From NCBI GenBank assembly GCA_009103225.1, contig RHPI01003330.1, forward strand, positions 426,635-490,634: DNA of 64,000 bases, written 5' to 3'. The notes beneath the pieces are model-generated. The model saw only the letters and a program-made list of their open reading frames with translations. It ran no database searches and was not told the DNA's origin. Position 1 is the first letter of the stretch. The number at the start of each line of letters is the position of its first letter. The position numbers were made by a program, and so were the translations under genes. The DNA is from Chlorokybus atmophyticus (lineage: Eukaryota; Plantae; Mesostigma and Chlorokybus algae). Positions 1-10,709 of the stretch are shown here, piece after piece.

Positions 1-1216
1 GGGGGGGGGGTTAAAGTCGACATAACATGATACATTAGTGACAAGGCTGCAAAGCTTGCAAAGCTTAAAATGATATGGCATACTTAACAAGTATTGTTAA
101 CTTAAACGTTGAACGTGGGTGGAATTCTGAATCGCGTGGACAGTAAAGTGATATCTGTGTTATATTATATATTTGGTATTAGAATTACACGATGGCTTGG
201 CGGAAAATGTTAGCTATGATGACGTTGACACGTTTGGAGGCGCCGACGCACGTCGACATCGACAGTGCCTGTTCATTGTTGTGTGGGATTTAGGGTTTGT
301 CTTTGTGCTTTGTTATGTTATTGCATTATAGCAACTATTGTAAGCATCGCATTGAATAAGCGACAACTCGCGTCATAACAGCAAACTTCAAGCGTATAAT
401 AAGAAAAATCTATCTTGCCGTTAAAAAGGTCACCAAAGCAAAATAAAGACATACGAGGTTACGAAGAATGTTTATAAATGTTTATAACAACTTGTATTAT
501 AGTAGATTGAGCAAGCATGGTGGCGTAGTGAGCAACATACATCCGATGATGTACACATACTGTTACGCAAATTGTGTACGACATTAACCAACAGAGCTCA
601 CTTAGAGGCAGCCGCCAGGTTTACAATGTTCGTAGTACAAAGTTTGAGCAGGGTTACGCTCGGTTGATTCATGACTCTTGTGAGCGCGTGAGCGCATATA
701 CCTGTCTTGGTTATGCCCCCTGGCTTACTCAGCCGCCACACCCAACCCCTCAGCCGACACCAAACATGCGCCGCCACTCTTGTCTTGTTGAATGTGTCCA
801 ACCCTCATGCATAGTCCTTCATGGAACCAAACTAACTTGTCAAGCGGTGTCGTGCGGGCGAGGTTGGGGTGGGGTGGGAGGCAGAGGGTAGAAGCCAGGG
901 GAAAAGGGAGAAGTGAATAGCTCACAAGCAGTTTAACTGCTAATAGCGGCACCGACACTGCAAATGGAGGCGGCGTGGCAGGTTGGGTTGGTTAGTTTCA
1001 CCACTGAGCACGGTAATACCCGGTATTGTGAGGTCGTGTCAAGCAAAGTAGTAGTTTGCACGATGATATTTCCAGCAAAACGAGCCAGCTTGCGAGCTTG
1101 CTTAGCTGATGGTGCTGTCGTGAATTGTCTGTCCCGCACGCAGTGGGTGAGAGGCATCCCACACTATTGGACGACGGCCTCTATATCGCTAGCGCTGCAT
1201 TGTGAGCGGTAAGTGT

Positions 1217-1219
<3 letters not shown>

Positions 1220-1307
<88 letters not shown>
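1220..1307. repeat. (GA)n microsatellite, ~88 bp
   Basis: Uninterrupted gagaga run read directly; produces spurious RERERE/SLSLSL ORFs. Confidence 0.97.
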
Positions 1308-1564
1308 NGCACTTGCTCGAGCGTTGTTGGAGCATAAGCGCTCTTGTGCATACCATGTGATACCAACAGGGAGGAGTGTGTATGGGGTATTATCATAGGC
1401 TGCATGTGCATTTACAGTTTAATGCCATGACATATTAGCACCTGCATGTATGCTTCAGGAGTTGGCCCAGCTAACTCCCGAAGGTGCTGTAGCATAGGCT
1501 ATGCAACAGCACCTTCGCGTCATGGGTATTACTGTCACGCAGTCTGACACACTGTGACTCACAG

Positions 1565-2739
1565 ATGCAACGGCAGGAGAACCGCTCTTCCCACTTTATG
1601 CACTGCGATGACAACGACAACAACAACAACAACAATATCAATAGCAGCGACGATGAGGAGTGCCAAGAGCAGGACCCCTTGCTGTCCAAGGCAGAGGCCG
1701 GCCACCGTAGCAACAACATTGTCGAGGGCTATGATGCGCTCTCTGCCATCAACATCAGCGTGACTGACGACAGTGACAACGACAATAACCACGACCACAA
1801 CCATCACAACAACAAGCACCCTCCCTCATACGTCAGCCACGCCCCTCAAGTGCAAACTTCAACATTTATCAGCGTGCGTGCACCTGTTAATTGCACATTT
1901 CATTTAAACGCTTATACGCTTACAGCCTCGGTCTATTGCTGTTGTGGTTGTTGTTCAAGTGACTCAACAGTGCTTGGGTTTCACACGCAGGCCCTCGGCA
2001 CCTCCGTGTCCGCTGACAACCATACTGCCCACCGCAACAACAACACAACATATAAGTGTCAATGGGGCGAAGATGGAACAATCACATGCACGTTGGAGGA
2101 GGCGCATACGCATACAAACGGCATTTGCACCCTCGTGTTCTTTATGCTCATTCCTGTCCATATGGGACGGCAGCTGCTTTGCGGCGACTCGCCGATCGGA
2201 TCGGTGTGATGCTGTACTGCGCGTTTGCGGTGAGTGGAGATGTTCTGATGAGCACGCAACAGTGTACACGCAAGTGGGCAAGGGTGCAAAATATTATGTT
2301 GTACACATCATTGAGTAAGACCATGAGTGTGCTTGCTGATTGCGGTTGGCGTATTTGCAGTGGCATCCGATCACGGCGTTGGTGACCGCATTTGTCGCTG
2401 GTGTCATGCATGTGCTCGTCGCGATGGTAAGTGGCCCGTGCTCGTTGGGTTTTTGACGCCAGGACGTGTGTGTTCATGCGCACGCGTACGCACATGTCTG
2501 TGAGAGTGTGGGTGTGTGCAGTAGTGCGTATGGACACCCACATTCAGACCACTGCATGCATGCATGCATGCATGTGTGCTCACCCACCCACCCACCCACT
2601 CACCCGCCCACAGGGCCTCGTTGCACACGTCTCGACGCGCGCATTCATGGTGTCACTGCTGCCGCCCTTCTTCATCACGTTTCTCCTGTGCTCTGTCGCC
2701 GCCCCGATGGGAACGGAGGACCGCTGTCCTAGGGGATGA
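1565..2739 (+). pseudogene. Putative membrane protein (weakly haemolysin-III/PAQR-like) with N/D-rich N-terminus; frame broken by a 5-bp duplication
   Basis: ATG 1565, low-complexity N/D/H exon, hydrophobic segments EEAHTHTNGICTLVFFMLIPV, GVMLYCAFA|GLVAHVSTRAFMVSLLPPFFITFLL joined at a gtgagt donor (~2229) and cag acceptor (~2612). Stop at 2207-2209 disappears if one GATCG copy (~2195-2204) is removed. Family call is weak. Confidence 0.3.
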
Positions 2740-4144
2740 TAACGATGGCAATAGGGGATTCAGCTTCCATGTTACCATCCTGGGAGGGTGTGTGTATATA
2801 AGGGGTATGGTACGGTGTGTTTGTGAACCACACGCGCATAGGTATACAAGTTTACATCAGATGTACAGTTGGTCAGTGTCCACCTGAAGGAATGGACGTT
2901 CTATGCTCGTGAGGCTGCCGATGTGTATGAGGGGTATGCTACTGTATACATAATGTCTTATTACAGGTAACGTGTTACCGTTCTTGGTACACCAGCGATT
3001 AGTAATAATGTTTGATGCAGATACGTTCTGCTCAGATGTCAAGCGGTAGGGTGTCTGGTTCCGTGCACACGTCTGCGTGTGTGCATATGGGTGGATGCAA
3101 TTGCGGTGGTGTGCACACCTTAGACCACAAAACGTACACATACCCTCAGCGTTCTTTTGTACACAATCCTTGCGTACTATATACTATACACGTGCGCACA
3201 CTCACCCACATGGCAACAGCCACCAAAGCCAGCAGACTGTGCTCCCTTCACCACCTCACCCATAGTGCTACGACTACAATTGCACAGGTGCATGCATGCG
3301 TGCGCGCATTCGTGTCGGTGTCTGAGGTTACACTGCTAGGACGTGCGGAGCACACATGATAGCATACAATGCACAGCATACCTTTATGAGCAGTGTGCCA
3401 CATGCCGGATGCCCGCAAAGCTTTTGGTGTGTGTGTGTGTGTGTGTGTGTAATAAATAGCACGCAAGGATTGTGGCATGAGAGTGTGACACACACATGCA
3501 TGAGCAGTCTACTCACCACACCATGAAGCACTCTCACTAACCACCGGGCTGCTAACCAGGCTGCTACCTACCTTCTCTACTGCCCATTAGACATGCATGC
3601 ACGCATGCATGCGTGCGTCGTCACGGACTCCCCCTCCCGCTTCACCCACACCCCCGCCGCCATCTCCGCCAGCCTCCTACTGCTGTCTTGTCAACGGCTT
3701 AGGGTTTTGTCAGTACACGCACGCATGCACGTACGGCACGGCAACTCCCTCTGCGGCGGTGCATGTCGTGGCTGTGTGCGCCTACTTTGATGACACGGGC
3801 AGACTTCGCTGCTCCCCAGGTACATTCTCTTGTGACTTGTCTTGTGCATTGCTTTGCATGGCTAGTGGGGTGGGCACTAACTCATGCTATCAACTAGGCA
3901 ACTACACATGCAGGGTACTCCTGGTCAAGCACCCACCTAACCACACCACACCACACCATAGAACGGTGACATGCACGCCCTATGCCGTAACATAGAGTAG
4001 CCAGCCGCTCACCTCAACTGCATGAGCGGACGGGACTGGCCTCTGGCATGGGATGGCCGCACCAACCAGGGCATGGAGTGTATAATACATTGAATGCAAG
4101 GATTGTGGCATGCATGAGAGTGTGTACAGGAAATTGTAGACGCT

Positions 4145-4145
<1 letters not shown>

Positions 4146-4190
<45 letters not shown>
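4146..4190. repeat. (TG)n microsatellite abutting assembly gap
   Basis: Read directly. Confidence 0.9.
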
Positions 4191-4191
<1 letters not shown>

Positions 4192-4204
4192 TGGTGGTGG
4201 GTGG

Positions 4205-5181
4205 NNNNNNNNNNNNNNNNNNNNNNNNNNNNNNNNNNNNNNNNNNNNNNNNNNNNNNNNNNNNNNNNNNNNNNNNNNNNNNNNNNNNNNNNNNNNNNNN
4301 NNNNNNNNNNNNNNNNNNNNNNNNNNNNNNNNNNNNNNNNNNNNNNNNNNNNNNNNNNNNNNNNNNNNNNNNNNNNNNNNNNNNNNNNNNNNNNNNNNNN
4401 NNNNNNNNNNNNNNNNNNNNNNNNNNNNNNNNNNNNNNNNNNNNNNNNNNNNNNNNNNNNNNNNNNNNNNNNNNNNNNNNNNNNNNNNNNNNNNNNNNNN
4501 NNNNNNNNNNNNNNNNNNNNNNNNNNNNNNNNNNNNNNNNNNNNNNNNNNNNNNNNNNNNNNNNNNNNNNNNNNNNNNNNNNNNNNNNNNNNNNNNNNNN
4601 NNNNNNNNNNNNNNNNNNNNNNNNNNNNNNNNNNNNNNNNNNNNNNNNNNNNNNNNNNNNNNNNNNNNNNNNNNNNNNNNNNNNNNNNNNNNNNNNNNNN
4701 NNNNNNNNNNNNNNNNNNNNNNNNNNNNNNNNNNNNNNNNNNNNNNNNNNNNNNNNNNNNNNNNNNNNNNNNNNNNNNNNNNNNNNNNNNNNNNNNNNNN
4801 NNNNNNNNNNNNNNNNNNNNNNNNNNNNNNNNNNNNNNNNNNNNNNNNNNNNNNNNNNNNNNNNNNNNNNNNNNNNNNNNNNNNNNNNNNNNNNNNNNNN
4901 NNNNNNNNNNNNNNNNNNNNNNNNNNNNNNNNNNNNNNNNNNNNNNNNNNNNNNNNNNNNNNNNNNNNNNNNNNNNNNNNNNNNNNNNNNNNNNNNNNNN
5001 NNNNNNNNNNNNNNNNNNNNNNNNNNNNNNNNNNNNNNNNNNNNNNNNNNNNNNNNNNNNNNNNNNNNNNNNNNNNNNNNNNNNNNNNNNNNNNNNNNNN
5101 NNNNNNNNNNNNNNNNNNNNNNNNNNNNNNNNNNNNNNNNNNNNNNNNNNNNNNNNNNNNNNNNNNNNNNNNNNNNNNNNN
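4205..5181. other. Assembly gap (N run)
   Basis: Run of n characters. Confidence 0.99.
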
Positions 5182-5624
5182 GGTGGGGGAGGTGGGGTGG
5201 GGTGGGGAGATGACAGTATTTGGTCCTGGTATCAATCTGCCAATCTTACCGAGTCAGGATCATGGCGGCCAAGATGTGAGACTTACAAGAAGCCGGGCGC
5301 AAATGGCTGCAAGCAGCCATTTGCGCCCGGCATCAGCATGGGCATATGCATGCAGGCAGAGCAGCAAACGGCGAGGAGGTATTCCAGCAGCAGACTTCAA
5401 GGCAGAGCAGAGCAGGTCACAGGATGGTCAACACGCATGCTGAGCAAACGACATACAGCGACACGCTGAGGCGATGAGCTGTTTTCTTCACAGCCACAAC
5501 ACTACCTGGCTACACCGCTTTGACCAAGCTGGCGCATCATGAACACAACATTTGCCAATGAGTCGCTGTGCAAGGATACATTGACTTACACAGCGTTGTA
5601 CTCTACACGTAGTGAAACAATTGT

Positions 5625-8600
5625 TTATCCACCTCTCACTTCTCGATTGTTGCGCTCCAGCCTGTCGAGCAGCGCGCGAGCCTGTTGGGCTCGCCCGTGC
5701 TGCGCTTGTTGAAAGTCCTCATCCGCAAGCGCCCTGCGCAAGTACTGCCTTGCTTCTGCGTGCCGCCCAGCAAGCAGGTGGGCTGTGCCCATTGTCATGC
5801 ACACGGATGCCAGAGAATGTGCCAATGCCTGCGTAAAAAGAGTCATAAACAGCTTGAATGCGGATCACCATGCTTCCGTTATCCGTTTTAACAGATTTAC
5901 AATGCATGCTGGCAACTACAAGAGGCAACGAGTGCAATTGAAGCTGGGGAAACTGCTCAGTGCAGTCTCACATGCTCGTGGTCGGATACTGTCTCATCCA
6001 TCAAGTCTTCCAGCAAGTGCTCAGACTCCCTCAAATCATCGATAGCCGCCAGTACTAAGGACAGGTCCTCCTCACCCTCGCCGGACAGGGCCACCTGCCA
6101 GCCGCCAGGACTATCCAGATGCTCCTGGTAGACAAATGGTCAGCATCAGTCACAGGCTGTGTAGTTATTCTTGTAAGATGACTGTGCACAGCTTGGGTAA
6201 AGCTGCAGAGAGTGTCCATCATCATACCTGCACTTTAGCATCACCAAGCTGTTGCAGGGCTTCGGCAAGTTCTTGTCGCAAATGCAGTTCTCTGAACTTG
6301 CGCACGGCAATCTCAAGCCAGGACCTGCACTTGACGCCTTCCTCAGTGTCGGCCATCGCACGGTAGCACCGCGCCTCCTCAGCCTCCAGGCCTCTGTCGA
6401 CGGCAACCTGTATGGCGCGATTGAGCAGCATCTTTGCCGGCGCTGGACTGTTTGTAAGCACAGATGCTACCGCTGACAGCCGCAGCGCATCCACAGTCAA
6501 CTTCCATTGCTCAGCCTGTGGAGCAACACAGCTCAGGATGAGACACATGCAACCAAAACTACGACCCGACAGTGCTTCTTCCAAACCAAGAGCCATAGTA
6601 GCACAAGCGCATGTGATTTTCAAGTTCTGTGATGTGCGCACTGCACACATAGCAACCGCAACTGGAAACAGTGAAAGGGATGCACAGCTTGCGGGTGCAC
6701 ACAAGAGACATCACCTGTTCTAAGCAGTTAGCAGCTGCCTCAAATGCTCGCTGAGCGCGCTGCACTTGTCCGTCTGCAAATTGCACTTGGGCGAGATCAA
6801 ACAAGCACTGCCCCAGTTCAGCAGTAGCGCCAAGGCTGCGACAAGCAGGTCAGGCAATGCACAAAGTTTCTGGCATTGGGTTGCAGTCCATGGACAACCA
6901 AACGCATAACTTACTTCTTGTATATCCTCATGGCATCCACTATAGAGCTTGCTGCATCATCGTGGTGTCCTGTCAATCGGCGCTGAGTGTAAGCGCCAGC
7001 GCGCGCAGCAGCTTCACCCCTTCTGCACACGTTGATGAGAAGCTGTTGCTCTGAAGTCCCTCGGCGCGCAGACATTGTGCTCTCCACCTACACCGCAGGC
7101 TGAGTTACAACACCAATGTTAAACATGACATCAATTATTTCAGCAGGCACCTTCTGGAAAAGCCGCACGGCCAACTCGTACTGAAGGCATGCTCGCTCTG
7201 CATTACCGCTATCTGCCATCTTCCCAGCTTGCAAAAGCGCGTTCTGTGCTTGCACAAGTGCATCCACCGTGTCAGCTGATGGCTGTGCGTCACCTGCTCA
7301 AGCAAACAGCAGAGAGAATCTGTAAACTGAACTAACAACGCCTGCTGGACTGGTCAGCATGGTTATTAAGCACACACCATCCGTACCATTTGCAACCAGC
7401 TTGCTTGTGCTGTTAGTGCGGGATTGACGAGTTCTTCTTGCGAGCCTTTCACCGCCACCACTGCCACTCTCAGAGGCAGCAAGGGTAGGATGCACTTTGG
7501 CTCGATGCGAAGCCCAGTTCTTTCTGAAGCAAGACTGCGAGCAGAAAAAGCTCGGCGGTGTGCTCGAGCCCTCTGCATGCATCCTCATGCAGTGAGGACA
7601 CTCGAGGAGGCGCTCAACAGTCATGCCACAACCACTGCATGTTCTGTTGCCAGTGGCGCTGTCACTTGAGCTGCTTGTTGGTACAGCCGCAGCACTTCCG
7701 TCTCCTTCCACAACCAGGAGCCGCCTTGCTTTGCTGCCATCAGCGCTCTGAGAGCCCTTGATGCTGGCTGATGACTCCCGCATGCTGACTGGATCCTTCA
7801 AAGCAGTTGCTTCCGTCTGCATGTCTTCATCCGAGTGACTGCCGATCCCACTTTCAATAGAGCCATCCACCGCAGACACGCTGGCGCCATCACACGAATC
7901 GGATGTCTCATCGCCATCATGGGCCCCCATTTGGTGCACAATACCATGCATAGACGCATTTCCGGGCAGCCTGTGCACAATCTCCATCAGAGAGCACACA
8001 CAGAGCTGAGACAGTCTTCAACAATCACCTCGTACCTGTCATGAGAGAGGCGCTGTTTTCGAAGCTTCTGCAGACGCCTCTTCTCGGCTTTGGCAGATCT
8101 CGCTTCTTTACTCTTGCTGGACTGATCTTGTGTGTGATCTCCCTTGCTGTTTGAGGTCTTCCGAGCTTTGCTGGTGCTGCCGTTGGCAGCGGAAGGATGT
8201 GCATGAGACAGAGGGTTACCATTTGACAACAGCTCAGCTTCCTCTGCTGTGGGACTGCAATCACCATCCGAGCTGGACAGCTGCGCGTGCTGACCATGCT
8301 TCACATGAATTGCAGCTTGCAGAGAGTGCTTGGTTACGTCCTCGTGCGCTATGCCGCTATCTACAGGAGGAGACCTAGACAGGTTCTTGTCAGCAGGTTG
8401 CTGTACAGTGCTGCTGCTTGCGGCAGTGGACGGTTCCAGCCCGTCCGCTTCTGCACGCTCCAACTCATACGCTTGAGAGAGCGCAAGCCCTAAAGCAGTG
8501 CGTGGCTGGTGCGATTTTTTCCGGCCGACGGTGTTCGCATGCCGCTCTCGCGGTAGAGGAGCCCAATGCACGTGGTGAGGGCTCTTAGGCTCGCTGTTGG

Positions 8601-9948
8601 GCTTCTTTAGCACCGACTTCAGTCCTGGCGTTGGTCCAGGAGACGCCAACCTTTTCACGTGCTCTGATGGGGTTGCATCTCCCTGTCAAACCATACTGTA
8701 TCGCTGGATGCACTTGCATTGATAATCTAGCACATGCTAAACAGCTGCACAAGCGTGCTTACCTCGTCAACATTGCTGCTATCTGCAGGTTGAGCAGTCG
8801 CAGCTTTTGCGCTGGCAACCATAACCGTGGATTCAGCTTGAGGGTGGGGTTCGACGACAGAAGCATGCACCTTTCGCCGCCCTTTGTGTCGGCGCTTGGC
8901 TTGCTGGAACTTGCGGTCTTCACCGGTGCTGTGCTCTTTGGTCTCCCCTACTGTGTCCTTCGCCTGAGCCTCACTATCTGCTTCATCACTTGCTGTGTCC
9001 TTAGCCTGAGCCTCGCTGGCTGGACAGTGCTGGGTGCTGTTTTCGGTCTCCTGCCACACCTGCATTGAGTTTACCATACCACAAACAACCCAAGCACATC
9101 TGTTGGCTCGTTGAATTGGAGCAAAACAGACGTACAATTAGCTTCATTGCTGTTGAAACGGCCAAGCTGCTCTTCCTAAGCTGCTCAGGACAGGCTGTGC
9201 ATTCTGATTGTGAACACTGGCAACAGTTCTGAAGTTATGGTCTCTTGCAACAGTGACAGCAGCTCACACGCTGTGGGGTGCTACACTGGGTACAAGAACG
9301 TACCAAACACAATGTGCTGAGCATGCAAGGTCGAGCAGCAAGCAACCAAGGCAGGGTGCTGGTTAGCTGTACCACATGTCACTTGAAGGTGCTGATCGCC
9401 ACGCATTGTAAGAAAGAACTCGTATGCCACACAACAGCAGGCATCCAGGTCAAGGATTGCGGCAGCATGCTTGATTACATGAAGCTCAGCTTCACAAAAC
9501 GTCACTTACATGTGATGCTGACCGTGCATTGCTGACCGTAAAGCATGGTCAGTGAGTGAACAGCTCGTGTACCACACCGCACAGCGGCCGTTCAGATCAA
9601 GGATTGCGACGAGCATGCTTGAATGCATGAAGCTAGGCAGCTGACTGACCAATTAGCATGCTAAGCAGGAAACAATCAAGCAAACCACCTCACCTGCTGC
9701 CAGTGCGGCCACAGGCGGTGAGGGACATCGGCAGCTACCTCTAGCACGTCCAAACCACTGGTGGAGGCGGTGGTTGAAGCGGAGAGAGAGTCTAGGCTGC
9801 TGGGCAAGGGAACCCTGGTGTGATCTGCCCTGCGGCGGCTGCGGGCGTGATGGATGTGGTTGTCGCAGTCGGCGCACAGCCTCACGGCGCATGCCACGCA
9901 TACCACCACCGCCTCCGTCTCCTCGCAGTCGTCGCATCTCCCCGCCAT
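5625..9948 (-). CDS. Multi-exon protein: N-terminal B-box zinc finger, K/S-rich linker, zf-C6H2/MYND-like finger, C-terminal TPR-like helices
   Basis: MAGRCDDCEETEAVVVCVACAVRLCADCDNHIHH...ADHTRVPL (CONSTANS-type B-box pattern); CSGCG..LLECPHC...FFCSQSCFRKNWASH (MetAP1 zf-C6H2/MYND pattern, ~7485-7645); TPR-like exons FDLAQVQFADGQVQRAQRAFEAA and MGTAHLLAGRHAEARQYLRRAL. 3' end approximate; joining into one gene is inferred from co-orientation and splice sites. Confidence 0.65.
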
Positions 9949-10709
9949 GCCGTCCCCTTCAGCCCTTCACCTCCTCCTCCTCCTATGCAGCCGCCGCCGA
10001 GGTGACCGCCACGTGGCAACTTCTGACACCAATTGGCAATATCTTAACCGCTGGCTCAAACCTTAACCGGCAGCCCCTGTCCAACTAACCAGGGAGTTCC
10101 CCGCTCCGCCATAAAGTTTTGGTGCCGAGAAGCGCGGTTAACAGTGGTGTTATTCTGCCGCAACGTTTGGAGTGTTGACCGAGATCGGCTAACGGCTCGG
10201 CCACACGCAATGCAACTACTGTGCTGTGTTTGATTTCGTGCATTGTCAGCTTTGATTGAGTGCAGTCTGCTGATGTATTTGGTTGTGGGTGGCGTTGTGG
10301 GTAGCGTTGTTGGTGTGGTGGGAGGTGGCGTTGGAGGGTGGCTGTACGGTGCAGCAGAGGCTGCACCGTACCCCTGCTCCCGCCTCTCTAGAGCCAGGCC
10401 TGAAGTCTGGTCTGGCCTTGCCTGGCTGACTAGCAGCAGCCAGATGTCGACAATGTGATAGCTTGTGACGAGTTATCACTGATGACAGAGATCAAGGTAG
10501 TTGTGTTGCGGTAGTTTTGTTTGTGAGTGAGACATCAGCGAGGCAAACATCTCGCTGTCTTGTGGACGTAGCATCCGTTGTTGTAGGTAATGCTGCAACA
10601 TTGCCACAGGACAACAAGCCTGCTCTTCAGGGGCTGAGCCAGCTGTAGAGAGGTCAGCAGCAGCTGCTACAGCTGATTGTTCGAACTGTGGTTACTGTCG
10701 GTAGCCATC

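Noticed and set aside
1181-1411. RE/SL dipeptide ORFs
   Set aside because: Translations of the (GA)n microsatellite.
4009-5469. Long ORFs of 350-470 aa
   Set aside because: Artefacts of translation through the N gap.
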